Source: Eledone cirrhosa
Lineage: Eukaryota
Direction of reading: 5' to 3'
Length of the DNA stretch: 64,000 nucleotides
NCBI GenBank assembly: GCA_964016885.1
Contig: OZ024756.1
Location: 24,118,001-24,182,000 of the forward strand
The position numbers and the translations under genes were made by a program. The stretch's first letter is position 1, and each line of letters begins with the position of its first letter. The notes beneath the pieces are model-generated. The model searched no databases, had not been told where the DNA came from, and was given only the letters and a program-made list of their open reading frames with translations. Shown piece after piece: positions 34,312 to 49,286 of the stretch.

Positions 34312-34676
34312 CTGATAATGAAGGAGTTCCACGGTCAGAAACTTCACACCATAATCTATAAACTGGAATTAATTCCCGGTCAAGTTTCTTCTTCGAGGAT
34401 ATTATTCCACTTCCGCCATCAATGACAAAGTCCGCCGGTCCTTCTAGCATGTAGAAAATTCTGAACAGTAAAGCAGCGTTTGATCCCTCATCGATATCCA
34501 TTGCTTCAAGTTTGCCGACTCGAACTGCCTTCGGAAGATTCTCAACTACGGTAAACGTATAGTTGTTGTTTAAGAAGACAGGTTTGTTGTCATTGATATC
34601 AGTTACGATGATTTCTACCGTGGCCAAACTTTGTCTTTGTATATCTTCACCTTGATCTGTAACACTGACTCGCAAG
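34312..34676 (-). CDS. Cadherin exon (LRVSVTDQG...DINDNKP...DRGTPSLS)
   Basis: Cadherin motifs; ttcag acceptor, gtaatc donor; 365 nt. Confidence 0.93.
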
Positions 34677-35288
34677 CTGAAATTAAAAACATAATTCATT
34701 AAAAGAAATGATTATCTTCGAAACCCCCCCCCCCCCCCCAAACACACACTCCTACAGATCCCCCCTCTTACACACACGCTTTGATAATGGATGGAAAATC
34801 GAAATATTTTGGGACTAATAAATTGCTAAGATTCTTTTTTTTATTTTATTTCTCTTTTTCTCCCACCTCTTGCTTTCTACCTCATCTCTCTCACTTCCCT
34901 TCCAACTTGTTACCTTGGTAATTTTAACCCACTTGTATTGTACGGCTTTCAAAACATACTCTGAACACAGACGATTTCTTCCAGAAAAAGGATACAGTGT
35001 AAGAAATTGGAAGTGTGAACGATACTTAGAGGAAGAATTTACCCCAGTATAAGACTGGTACTTTTTTTATCGACCTCGGATTGATGAAAGACAAAGTAGA
35101 ACTTAGCATGATTTGAACTCAAAGAGCAAAGAGCCGAAAGGAATATTGTACAGCATTCTATCTGGCAATTACGACAATTCGCCGCCTCTACCACCCTAGT
35201 AAAAAGTGAAACAATGTAAAAAGTGAAACAATGTAAAAAGTGAAACAATGTAAAAAAGAAACAATGTAAACTTTACTCCATTTCTCAC

Positions 35289-35606
35289 CTGTATGAGTTA
35301 TTTCGTTCTCTGTCCAAAGAATTATTTATCAACAAATAACCCGAAGATTTATCAATCGCGAAATCAGAATTTGTGTTTCCACCAATAATTTCAAAAGACA
35401 GTGCTGCGTTGATTCCGATATCTGCATCAGAAGCGAGAATCTTGAACAGCAACGTACCTGCTGAGGTATTTTCAGGTATACTTCGTTTATAATCACCTTT
35501 AATGACAGGTGAATTGTCGTTCACATCTTCTACAATTACAGTTAAAGTGGTTGTCCCACTTAACTGGGGTGATCCTTGGTCAATGGCTAAAATTATTAGT
35601 TTGTGC
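35289..35606 (-). CDS. Cadherin exon (HKLIILAIDQGSP...LDRERNNSY)
   Basis: DVNDNSP, LDRE; ttgtag acceptor, gtgag donor; 318 nt, phase 2 to 2. Confidence 0.93.
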
Positions 35607-35818
35607 CTACAAAGAAAGAAAGAAAGGAAGAAAGAAAGAAAGAAAGAGAAAAATACAATCAATTTTTTTCTTGAGTCATGATTGAATAGACAAAGTTATT
35701 GAAATTTGTATTTATCGATCTTTGACTGTTAAGTTAAATTTGGCTTCAAACATTGTGTTGTCTCTTCGCTACACATACGTATATCTTAGCCGTGCAGAAC
35801 ATTCTTTCAAATTATTAT

Positions 35819-36550
<732 letters not shown>

Positions 36551-36793
36551 ATGTATGTATGTATGTATGTATGTATGTATGTATGTATGTATGTATGTAT
36601 GTATGTATGTGTGTGTGTGTGTTTGTGTGTTTGTGTGTGTGTGTGTGTGTGTGCAAATCAAAGTCAGAGAGATGAGAGAATATTACGTTACGTTGGAATG
36701 TGATAAATGAAGTGCAAAGATATGAGTGAGGACTGGGACGAAATACGAACAGATAGGATAATAGAGAAACTGGCGAAAAAAACTGGGGAATGT

Positions 36794-36827
<34 letters not shown>

Positions 36828-37146
36828 TAGAAGTGGTATTTAATTTGTTGGAAGTCCGACAAACATAAATGTTTATAGCTGATTTAGAACACTCAACAAG
36901 TTACTGGAGTAAATTCACTATCCAGTGAATTTCCAACCGATAAGGTATGATTTTCATGGGTATGTCTCTATTTATAAAACAAACTTTGTATTTTATCTGA
37001 TGAAAGCGTATCAATGTGTCTTGGTTACCCTTTATATAATAAAATAAATATGGTTTTATAAATATACCTTCCATTTATTTAATATCATTGTATATATATA
37101 TATATAGGAGGAAGTTATAGTTCACTTGAAGCATTGTGTAATGAGG

Positions 37147-37524
37147 TATAAACATTTGTATATGTATAATAAAGCCAAAACAATGCAGGTATGGACATAG
37201 AATAAAGAATGCAAATGCAAAAGATATTGTTGACATTTAGTCTTTTACCTTAGATTTATTTAAATGTCCTTAATTTTCGAGATAATATCTCTTCTTCGGA
37301 GGGAAGTAAAGCGGTTAAACCAGTGTTCTAAACACTGGTTCTAAACACTGGTTTAACCGCTTTACTTCCCTCCGAAGAAGAGATATTATCTCGAAAATTA
37401 AGGACATTTAAATAAATCTAAGGTAAAAGACTAATTGTCAACAATATCTTTTGCATTTGCATTCTTTATTCTATGTCCATACCTGCATTGTTTTGGCTTT
37501 ATTATACATATACAAACGTTTATA
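37147..37524. repeat. Inverted repeat with about 180-bp arms, TA-flanked, with decayed hammerhead-like core
   Basis: Arms about 37147-37327 and 37344-37524; CCGAAGA-agagatattatctc-GAAA; related single copy near 32230. Confidence 0.85.
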
Positions 37525-37721
37525 TATATATATATAATGGTTTGGATAGATATCGTTGGTTATAAATCAATTTGGAGCGGACACATAGGTTGAAAAAGGC
37601 AAGCAACAGTCCCTGGCGGGAACCCTTGCAGTGAAGTAGAGGGAAATAAATGAATGATTTAACAGCTTAACATGAAGAGATTAAAATATTTACAATTTCA
37701 ATCATTTGAATAAGCCAGTTG

Positions 37722-37801
<80 letters not shown>

Positions 37802-37839
37802 TGTGTGTGTATGTGTGGGTTAGAGAGGGAGAGTGTGTT

Positions 37840-37897
<58 letters not shown>

Positions 37898-37959
37898 AGA
37901 GAGAGATAGAGGGATAAAAAGAGAGAGAGAGATTATAGTTGATAAAATGAAATTATTAC

Positions 37960-40615
37960 CGTGGGATGTTTTCTCGGTCTAGTTGTCGCCTTGTGTGAAT
38001 TTCTCCACTGAACTTTTCCACAGTAAAGTAATTTCTGGCCGGTAAGTCTTTGAGCAGTTTGTATTGTACCTGATTGTTACCTGATTTACGAGAATCTGCA
38101 TCATTTGAATATAATTTGAATATTACAGTGTTTTGTGTTATATTTTCAGCAACTGTCACAGTCTGTTCACTAAAAGGAAATACGGGTGTATTATCGTTAA
38201 AATCTATCACTGTTATCTTTACAAGACACTCGGCAATCAAAGGTGGAACTCCTTCATCTTGGGCCTCCACTGTTAGAAAATACAGTTGTTTCTGTTCGTA
38301 ATCTATGATTGAATTCAGGTAAAGTTTTCCATCTAAAGGATCTATTCCAAAGATAGATATATTGTCTACAATACTGTAGGTGATTCTTCCAAACGATCCC
38401 AAATCTATGTCCCGGGCAGTAACTTGGTCAATATAAGTATCAGGCGGACTATTTTCACTAATCTCAAAACTAAATGAGTTTTTGGAAAATATCGGTGCGT
38501 TATCATTTTCATTGAGAATTGTTACAGAAAACATTGAGGTGCTAGAAAAGGAAACATCGTCCGACTCTGCATGGTCAGTGGCTTTCACAATGAGGTAAAA
38601 CATGTGAGGCATGGTTTCAAAGTCCAGTTTAGATACAACACTAATTTCACCAGAGTATTTATCTAGTTCAAACGCAGTTATGGGTGCATCTGATGGTGTT
38701 GCAGACACAATAGAAAGATTAAAATGGCCGTTTAAGTTACCATCATTGTCAGTTACATTCACCTTACATACAATTGTTCCAATCGGTACGGTTTCACGCA
38801 ACACTAAACTTGAGTTGTTTTCTAAAAATACTGGTGCGAATTCATTCCGTGGCCTCACTTCTATATTAACATAACAAAAGGAAGATAACGGATGTTTACT
38901 TTTATCACTGGCTTTTATTTTCAACCTAAAATACGGTTTGCTCTCATAATCGAGATTTTTGTGTAGGATCAGATAAGAGTTGATTATCGAGAATATATTT
39001 TCAGCATTATCTTCTATGATAGTAAGAAAAGTTTTTCCTCTTAATCCAGTGTCTTCGTCTTTTACTTGAAAAGTCAAAAGTTTACTACCAGCTTTAGCGT
39101 TTTCATTTACCGTTAACATGTAATTGTTTCGGCTAAATTGCGGATAATTATCATTTATGTCTTTCACAGAGACAATCACATTTGTTCTTGCTGCCAACGG
39201 AATCCCAAAGCCGTAAATACAATCTTTGGCGATAATTGTAAGGTTAAACCTGGCTTTGGTCTCGCGGTCTAAATACTTTATCAAAGACAGTGTACCTGAG
39301 TTAGAATCAATGTAAAAGTTTCCATTTTGATCTCCTGCTTCGATGGACAAGCTCACAAGACCGTGATCCTCTCCCACATCGGCGTCCTTGATGTTGACTT
39401 TCAGTAAAATAATTCCAAGTGATACATTTTCCTCGACTTTGACCATTCGCACGAAAAACGGCGAGAAAATTGGAGGGTTGTCGTTAACAGGAGAAACTTC
39501 TATTGTTATTATGACTTTAGTTGAAAGGCTAGGCACCCCATTGTCGCTGACATTGATGTTTAATGTGTGTACCTTGGTTGTTTCGTAGTCAAGACCTTTT
39601 ACAAGCTGCAGTAATCCTGTTTTATGGTCAATGCGGAAGATATCTGCCTCATTTCCGTTTTCTATATGGTAACTAAGTGTCGATGATGATGATGAATCCT
39701 CATCTTGGCAGCTAACCTGGTTGAAATCAAATGGAAAGGTCGTATTTTCTAAGAGCGAAAACATATATGGAGGTAAGCAATGTGGATAGTTATCGTTAAC
39801 GTCGGTGATGAACACGCTGATATTAACGACTGCAGAGAGAGACTGATGTGGAATGTTATCGCTGGCTTCTACCTGGAGTAAGTATAGAGATATCGTCTCA
39901 TAATCAAGATGATTGTTTAGTTGTATAAGACCCGTCTTAGGATCAATTATAAATACTGAATGTTTAATTGAGGGTAGTGAATACAAGACAGTGGTTGGTG
40001 TTACGTCCTTATCTACGGCATGCACTTGAAAAACTGTTGAACCAATCGCACTGTCTTCTGAGATGGATACTTCATAAGGGCCACGTGGCTGAAAGTGGGG
40101 CGGCGTTTCGTTGATATCAGATATAAAAATGTGTATTTTCACTTTTGTTTTATAAAAACCATCGGAAGCTTCAATTACGAGTAAGTTCGATTGACTTCTT
40201 TCAGCATCTAAACTCCTCTTCACGGTCAACAGTCCCGTTTGATTTTCGATAGCAAATAGGTCTTCCCGGTTGCCTGAGACGATCCTGTAAGAAATGAAAC
40301 CATTCAAACCAATGTCTTCGTCGTCGCATTCAACTGTGCTGACGACGGTGCCAAGAGGGACGTTTTCTGCCAGGGTCACAGTACTATAGTGGGAGATACA
40401 TATGGGTACGTTATCGTTGACGTCAATGATTGTCAAGGTCACATGACAGACGGACTTCAAAGGCGGGAAACCTTTATCGGTTGCTTGTATTATCAAGTCA
40501 TATGACGCTATATATTCCCGGTCCAAACCTTTCCAAAGTCGCAATTCACCGCTAGCAGGATCAAGCAGGAACTGGTTTTTAATATTTCCGGATAATATGC
40601 TATAGGAAATAGTAC
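37960..40615 (-). CDS. Largest cadherin exon, about 8.5 EC repeats
   Basis: 893-aa ORF 37956-40637 full of cadherin motifs; ttcag acceptor, CG/gtaat donor; 2656 nt. Confidence 0.97.
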
Positions 40616-40791
40616 CTGAAAATATATAAACACGCACATATATACATATATTTATAAATATATATATATATGCATATATATATATATATATACATACATA
40701 TACATATATATATACATTTATATATACATATATATATACATATATATATACATTTATATATACATTTATATATACATATATATATACATAG

Positions 40792-40865
<74 letters not shown>

Positions 40866-41021
40866 CTTTAGTTAAGCAAAACAAGACCACAAATTTCACA
40901 AGGAAGACATTATTAAAACATTGAGCACATGCCTTTACGCTTTGGCTTCTAACTAATTCACCAATCTCTCCTCTCACATCTCCTCTCTCCATCTCTCTCT
41001 TTAAGATTGGTTACTCTTGAA

Positions 41022-41100
<79 letters not shown>

Positions 41101-41149
41101 TATACATATATACATAGATACATACATAGATACATACATAGATACATAG

Positions 41150-41206
<57 letters not shown>

Positions 41207-41614
41207 TACATGTATATATATATATACATATGTATATACATATATATGTACATACATATATATATACATATATATACATATGTATATACATATATATGTA
41301 CATACATATATATATACACATATATATATATATATATATATACATATATATACATACATATATATACATATGTATATACACAAGACCAGCAATTTAGGGA
41401 GAAGGGGAAAGTCGATTATATCGACCCCATTGCGTCACTGGTACTTTATTTTATCGACCACGTAAGGATGAAAAGCAAAGCTAACTTCGGTGGGATTTGA
41501 ACTGAGAACGTAAAGGGTCGTAACTATATGCCACAAAGCATGTTGTCTGACGCTCTACTGATTCTACTTCCAATCCACCACCCTAATAGAATAATAGAAG
41601 ACATCTTATCTCAC

Positions 41615-41737
41615 CAGCTATTCCTGTGTCTCTGTCTGTAGCTGTTAGGTTAAGGAGAATGGTATTAACTGTCGTACTTTCAGACACAGAGGTCGAATAA
41701 TTTCCAGGTGAAAATGTAGGTATATTATCGTTCACAT
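41615..41737 (-). CDS. Cadherin exon (DVNDNIPTFSPGNY...ATDRDTGIA)
   Basis: DVNDNIP, ATDRD; ccag acceptor, gtgaga donor; 123 nt. Confidence 0.9.
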
Positions 41738-41833
41738 CTGGAAAACAAAACGAAAGACATTTTAAACAAGACTTACAAAGCATAGGGAAATTTGAAATTT
41801 GAAATTTGAAAATACAATCGCCACAGGGCAAAT

Positions 41834-41962
41834 AACTATAATATTAGTTGAATAAATCGAATAAAGTACTCCTGAAGACCGAAAAAATTGGACAGTCACC
41901 AATGTTCATTTTTTCCGTTTCCGAGGATACTTGACCCGATTTATTCAACTATTATTATAGCT
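41834..41962. repeat. Imperfect palindrome of about 130 bp (MITE-like)
   Basis: ctataatattagttgaataaatcg / cgatttattcaactattattatag arms. Confidence 0.65.
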
Positions 41963-42443
41963 ACCGGCATAGTGGCAATTGTATTATCAAAAATAACTTT
42001 ATTTTACCATTGAAAAACTGTTAGGATGTTTTTGTTGTATTTATTTTTGTGTTGCTTTTGTTATGAACGATTTTGTTGTTAGTATTAATTTCTAATTTAC
42101 ACACAAGGCCAGCAATTTAAGGGAAGAGGAAAGTCAATTATATCGACCCCAGTGTTTCACTGGTATTATATTTTAACGACCCCTAACGGATAAAAGGCAA
42201 TGTTAGCCTCTGTGTGATTTGGACACAAAACGTAAAGGACCCAAACAAATACTGTTGTCAAGTTCTCCCTAGAGTTTCTATCTAGAGAGATTCTACCTCA
42301 GTGTTTTTTTAATTTTCTTTTTACTAAATTATAAATCAAGGATTTGATTTATCATCATTATGAACTACACACACACACACACACACACACACAAATAATT
42401 AAATCAGGTAAACAACAAGACACATAAAACACTTGTTAGATAC

Positions 42444-43089
42444 CTTCGATAATAATTACTAACACCAAATTTACAAACAACGGTGGTGAGCCCATGTCTG
42501 ACACATGGATAGATAGTTGGTAAGATGAAATAGTTTCTCGATCAAGGGAGGTAACAGTACTCAGCAAACCATTGCTGGAATTTATTGAAAACGCCATTCT
42601 TTCGTTTCCACTAGTAATTTCATAGCTTAAGACATTGTTCTTCTTAGCTGGGTCTTTATCGTTATCGAAACATGCCAAATGAAGTACTTCTGTTCCTACT
42701 GTTTCATTTTCTCGAATTTCAGCGAAATACTGTTGCTGGGGGCAGGAGGGTCTGTTATCATTAACATCGTTGACAGAAATACTTAAAGTTAACGTTGAAG
42801 TAAAGGCAATTGGATCCTCTCCTTCATCTATAGCAATAACTTCCAACAGATATGATTCTCTCTTTTCTCTGTCCAATTCGTTCTGAATTTTAATTTCTCC
42901 TGATTTGCTATCAACGAGAAATATTCCAAAGTCGTTGATCAGTTTATAATGTATCTGGCCATCTTTTCCTTTATCCAGATCTGTGGCATGTACAATAGTT
43001 AATTGACTACCAACCGTACAATTCTCGTCAACGGTTAACGTTTGGCTGCCATTAAGAAAAACAGGAACGTATTCATTTAGCGGCCGAAT
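42444..43089 (-). CDS. Cadherin exon, about 2 EC repeats (IRPLNEYVPVF...LVIIIE)
   Basis: Extends ORF 42436-42876 upstream to a ttcag acceptor; gtatct donor; 646 nt. Confidence 0.93.
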
Positions 43090-43290
43090 CTGAATATAAG
43101 ATAAGAAAACAAACAGGAAATAAAATTATTGTCAATAATTTACTAAAATATCAAGTTTTTAAAGTGTCACAATGACTTTTATTTATAATTCACCGTATAA
43201 TATGATAGGGGAAGCTATATGTCTCTTATAACCCACTTTTTATTGACAATAATAAGACCACAACTTGGCTGTTTTCAACAGGTCCATTGG

Positions 43291-43356
<66 letters not shown>

Positions 43357-43632
43357 CATCATTGAGCCACATTGTGAATGGCTGCCAAAAACATATATAT
43401 CTATGATTTTGTCTAGTTTGTGTATATGTAAATCTTTATATTTGATAATCTCCCATACGGTTGAGATGCAATTTAGGCAATATCAGGCTGCGCTTTCTAG
43501 CAACCAGCCCACTCGCCGTAAGGCACCAATCACATTCTTTGTGACTTGACCACTGCCACGTCACAGTTCTTAGCCATTTTGAATTCGTTTCTGGCGGGGA
43601 TCATTTAAGAAAAATGTTCGTCCAAGTGAGTT

Positions 43633-43716
43633 TGTTTCCTGATGATTTCGAAGCTCGAGAATTTATTCTTGATCGAATATTTCCAAAAGCGAATGAAACC
43701 CTAAGGGGTAGAAACG
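43633..43716 (+). ncRNA. Type I hammerhead ribozyme with complete stem III
   Basis: tgtttc-CTGATGA-t-ttcg...cgaa-t-GAAA-ccc(taag)ggg-TA-gaaacg; GUA triplet, predicted cleavage after 43710. Confidence 0.85.
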
Positions 43717-44009
43717 TAATCCTGGTATGTTTATATACATTTTTTCTTCTAGCTTTAATTTTATACCTAATTGTGTATGGTTGACGATATATTTAATCGA
43801 TTTCCACGTGCTATTGAAATGGTGGCTAAATATTCTATAGCTGTTGATCGCGAATAAATGGCTGTCGTTTATTTATCTATTATTTCTTCATAGGTGCCTT
43901 TTAATCTTATAGCCTGGTTTAAATTGTTTTTTTGTGTGGTTGATTATGCTGATTGGGAGAGGAAATGGTGTATATATCTTATCAAATGATTCTATGGACA
44001 TAATTTATA

Positions 44010-44085
<76 letters not shown>

Positions 44086-44418
44086 ATGTATATATATATA
44101 GTCAGTGCATGTAGACGGTTATTGTACAGAAACATATGTTAAAGAATGAACTCTCAATAAATTTCTCTTTCTGACCAATTCTTCCTACCTAGTTATTCCT
44201 GTTTTTCCTGGTACCATAATTATTATACATATATATATAATTAAAGTTTTTGCTCTGACTAAGCTATATACATATAAGTATATATATTTTTGTATATCTA
44301 ATGATATACGGTATGTTTACGAATAAACATTTGAAAGCCTTTTGCTATGAATTTTGGAAGTTGATGGTTAGCGCCATATATATATAGGAGGGGGTTCTGT
44401 GAGTATGAGTGTGTGTGC

Positions 44419-44520
<102 letters not shown>

Positions 44521-45168
44521 TGAGGCTGGAGCTATGCATGTTGAACGTATATAACTTATGTTATATACATGAAACCGACAGTTCTGATCTGCTAAGTTAT
44601 TCTCTAAAACAAGAGGGTTAATACTACCCGTATGAAGTTTTATTAAATGTGTGGTTGATCGTAAAATTGTAAAATTGTTTTGGGAACGCCAGTACAATGT
44701 AAGTTTAAAATAACAGAGAGAAAACGGAAAACAAAACAAAAGAACAATTTATACTAAATTAAAAGTAAAACTGCTGAGTTTGGATTATTATCAGATTTGC
44801 TGGCCTATTGGACTCCCTTTCGTATAAGACGCCTCTTGGTTTTACAAGGATATTTTGAAAAGAAAAAAACAATTTTAGTAAATTTTTTTATAAAATTTAT
44901 TTAAATTATTTCATTGCTTTTAACATCATTTTACTTATATAAATTGTATTGTATTACTGTATTAGTAATACTAATTCAGTAATACAAACTAACATTTTTA
45001 ACCATGATTTTCTTCATCCTCCGATTTGCCTCCCATCGGAGATACGGGCATATTGGACACGGAAGATTTTTTTATATTTGGGAAGTAGGAAATGCGTCAA
45101 ATAGGCAGGCAAATATGGTTTTTAACTCTGTTTTCATTCACATTATTAAAGTTTGTAAAAAGACTTAC

Positions 45169-46601
45169 TTGGAATATCATAGTTGCTACTGATGACAGTC
45201 CTCCAGAATCTACTGCCTTTACATTGAACACACGTGTTGTATTTAATTCGTAGTCAACTCCATCTAAAGAAGACAGTATTATCTGGCAGTTTCCAGCACT
45301 GTCTTTCGAAGCATTGAAAGAAGAGTTTGTTGGGTCATTAATTATTGTGAAATCTGCGATAGAGTTCTCCCCTGAATCTTTGTCAGAGACTGTTAACGTG
45401 GCTAAAACACTGCCAATTGTGGTGTCTTCTCTGATAGTTTTAGAGTAGAGGTTTTGCGAGAACAAGGGCGGAGAGTCGTTAACATCTGTGAGTATTACTG
45501 TGAGAGTAATTAATGATGTGTGAGGTTTGGGGTTTTGACCGCTGTCTACTGCTTTTAAAGAAAGTAAATAAGTTTCCTTAGTTTCAAAATCAAGATTCGA
45601 TTTTACTTGTAGTTCACCTGTAATCAAATCAAGTTGAAATGTGTCGCTCGGTTGTGCTAAGTGGTACGTAATTGTATCTCTAATGTCATTATCTGTGGCA
45701 GAAACCTGGCTAATAACTGTTCCGATGGCAACTGACTCTGGTATTATTATAGTTGTGTTGAAAGCATCAAATACGGGCGCAGCTTCGTTTATGTCGATTA
45801 TTCGTAGATTGACTGTAACTGTTGTATTTTTAGGAGGAATTCCTCCATCTTTCACCGTAATATTTATGAACATTTCTTCAAAGTTCTCAAAATCAAGAGA
45901 AGATATTAACTTCAAGTGTCCAGTATTATCAACAGCAAACGGTCCGTTACCCATCACCCCATCAACGCTAACGACGGCAAAAGAAAGCTGTCCATAGCTA
46001 CCCGAGTCACTATCATTACAAGATAGATACAGAAACGGTAAACTAATCTGTTGGTTTTCCGGAACACTCACAGAAATATCATTTTCCAAACACTTCGGAC
46101 CTTCTTCGTTTACATTTTCCACATTAATAACCACTTCACTCATTGCAGATCTCTTTACTTTCCCTTTGTCAATTGCTGTCACATTCAAAACATACTTTGG
46201 AGTTTTTTCAAAATCCAGGGAGCGTTTCAGCTTTAGTTGTCCAGTAGTTCTTGCTAAGCTGAAAACATGATGGTGGTTCATGGTATAAACAAGCTGTCCA
46301 TCATTACCTTTATCTTCATCCACAGCTGATACCTTCAGTAAAATACTTCCTATGGTTTCGGTTTCTTGAACAACCACAGAATACGGTTGTTTTTGGAAAA
46401 CTGGTGGAAATTCGTTCACTGGAGAGACTTGGACAATGACAACAGCCGTGCAATACAAAGCGCCATTTCCACCGTATAGATCCTCAGCTTTTACTGTGAG
46501 GCTATAGGAGTCCAGTTCTGATATCTCATAGTCCAGAGAATTTGATATTGTTATTCGACCTGATGTGGTATCGACGGAGAATTTACCATCACTGGTACCA
46601 T
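45169..46601 (-). CDS. Large cadherin exon, about 4.5 EC repeats
   Basis: Within ORF 45097-46725; ctttag acceptor, CAA/gtaagt donor; 1433 nt. Confidence 0.95.
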
Positions 46602-47105
46602 CTAAAGAGAAATAAACAATTATAAGTGCAGAAGAACAACAACAATCACAAACTCTGGCACGGTTCCACACCCACACCCCACACCCCACATCCTCACCTT
46701 GCCAGACCTCCATTGTGGGGATCACCAGATTTTACAAGCTTAAAAGCCAACGGCAGAAGCGCATCGAAATCAATCATTCTTTTAGAAGTAAGAGCCAAAT
46801 TCCCCTCAAATTGTACACTATCGTAGTTAATAAAGACGGATACATTTGAGAGTGGGGTCTCTGATATGGTAAAAGATGACACAGTCCCAGCTGGAACACT
46901 GTTGACCATAGATCTGCTTAATTATGACTAACTTCGGATAAAAACAACAATAATAATAATGATTTCTGATAAAGGCGCAGAGCCAACAATTTTGGAGGAG
47001 GGGTAAGTCGATTAAATCTACCCCAGTGTGTTACTATAACTTTACTTTATCAACCCCATCAATGGGAATACTCATCGTCAGAAAAGGTGGAGGTCCAATA
47101 CATAC

Positions 47106-47209
47106 CTATAATTGAATAAGTGATAACTGCATTCGCACCAGAGTCGTTGTCATAAGCATGTATCTCCACAACATTTGTACCAAACGGATCAACTTCAGTT
47201 ACGGTAGCA
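47106..47209 (-). CDS. Cadherin exon (ATVTEVDPFGTNVVEIHAYDNDSGANAVITYSII)
   Basis: Not in the ORF track; AYDxDxG motif; ctttag acceptor, gtatgt donor; 104 nt, phase 2 to 1. Confidence 0.9.
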
Positions 47210-48179
47210 CTAAAGAAAAACAAAAGAAAACTTATTTCATGTTATAAAACATCAAAGGAAAAGGAAGAAAATGGGAATCTGTGACATTCATATACTTCTG
47301 AAGAACATGTAGTGAGTTATTTCGGCGTCATGCTTGATGGTTGCTACACAGTGGCGTATTGCTGGGAGAGTGTGGGATGCAACAACAAACCCACAAAAAA
47401 ATTGTTGTTGGAAAATTTGGTTTTGTCGAAAAATTCTTAAATTTTCAAAAGATATTGTATACTTTTGATCGTTTATTTTAATTGCACAAAACAATAAAAT
47501 ATGTACAATACAATAATGAATAAAGATGTCATAATAATGATTGGTGTGCCTAACAATGATCCTTGGCCTTTTATATTATATACCTGTCATCTTATATAAC
47601 ACATTTCTTGTTTTATTCAAAGGACACATAGAAATAATTGTTTCTACTTTTGGCACAAGGCCGTACATTACTGGTGCTTTATTTCATCGACTCTGTAAGG
47701 ATGAAAGGCAAAGTTAACCTCGGCGGGATTTGAACTCAGTTCGTAAAGGAACGTAACTGTGCTGCAAAGCATGACGTCCGACCCTCTACTGATACTGCCA
47801 ATCCACCGCCCCTAGGACACATAGAAATAATGACATATTCATACACTAACTTATTATTATTTTCATTATTTTGAAATTGCGTTTATAAAAAATAAGGTAG
47901 TAAATTTGAAGTTTCAAAGTAAGTTTGTATTTTTTTTTTTCATATTATCAATATCAAATATCATATCTCCCTTTCTCTTGTCGAATTCTTTTACTTTTTC
48001 TACCACCGTCAATATATTTATGTATATATGATATGTGTATATACATAGTACATCCTATAAATTGTTACTGTTAATACCTTCATAGAATATACTTCGTCAA
48101 GTCTGTAAAGTGGTTGTACTGGTCGAGCAAAAAATGCACCCGGTGTCCTCTATAATATTGGTCATTTTTGTTGGAAAAT

Positions 48180-48539
48180 CATGAACGTCTGCATCTCCAA
48201 AAATGATAGGAGCAATACGCCCATGTTCCTACACCAAGAAGTTATATGGGGTCTTCAAAATTTCGTGGCAAAGTCACACAACCAACAAATTTCTTTATGG
48301 TGATCTGCAACGAGTTTCATCGAAAGTTCTATCCCGTCGCTGGTCATCCCGACTCTTCCTGGTCATGTTTTCCGCCGTGATAAACCTGCAGGGAAAATAC
48401 GTCTCTGGTCTGGTCACAAGATGCAAAACGCCTAGTAGGACATCGAAACATAACCATAAAAACTCTGTTGGTGAGGGACACTGGCCTCACTGGACAGGAT
48501 CTTGTTGATCAGACAGCTAGAACACTCGTCGTCGTAACT

Positions 48540-48540
<1 letters not shown>
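48180..48540 (+). mobile_element. Degenerate RTE-clade LINE fragment
   Basis: FKISWQSHTTNKFLYGDLQRVSSKVLSRR resembles the RTE C-terminal ISWxxHxTNxxLY motif. Confidence 0.55.
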
Positions 48541-48615
<75 letters not shown>

Positions 48616-48679
48616 CCCCCAATACAAAATAAATTAAGAAGATACGTATCTGATATCTCGGACTTTAAGAGCTAAGATA

Positions 48680-49200
48680 AAATTAATAAAAAGAATGATG
48701 TGCTCATGCATAGAAATGGTATAATACAGCTTATAGAATTGAGTGAAGACCCTTAAAGACAGAAAAGGCAGTTGCCATCAGCCGCCGTGAGGAATTGGAT
48801 CCCATATCTCCTAGATACCGTCAAGCCCTTAACCCTAACCCTAGTCGGTATCTGGTAAATATGGAGTTTAATTCCTCAGAGCGGCCGATGACAACTGCCT
48901 TTTCCGTATTTCAGGGTCTTCATTTCATTTTATGTGAAGGTGCGTTGCCGAGTGGTTAGAGAATTGGATTCGCAATCGTGAAGTTGTGAGTTCAATTCCT
49001 GGACCGGGCGATGTGTTATGTCCTTGAGCAAGACACTTTATTTCAATTGTTAATAGATAGCATTAGCAATTGGAAAAAAACCAACAGAAACATTGTTTCC
49101 TCGGTCCGATTTGACGAAAGTCGATCGACTGTCGATTTCATTTTATAAACTATTTTATAATATCTCTGCGCATGCGCACACCATTCTTTATATTAACAAA
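48680..49200. mobile_element. Fold-back MITE with (CCCTAA)n loop and a nested SINE; shorter relative at about 53510-53705
   Basis: Long imperfect inverted arms; SINE 48934-49136 flanked by tttcattttat duplication. Confidence 0.7.
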
Positions 49201-49286
49201 ATATATCATTTAAAAAACAAATCAATAGAAAGATTTAACACAAACAAATAGACAAGATTGTGGCTACATGTTATCAGTAATTTTAC

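Noticed and set aside
37956-40637. Stand-alone clustered protocadherin gene
   Set aside because: No signal peptide or TM; bounded by splice sites in phase with neighbouring exons
46602-46909. N-terminal extension of ORF 45097-46725 and ORF 46694-46909
   Set aside because: Upstream of the splice acceptor; no cadherin motifs; intronic
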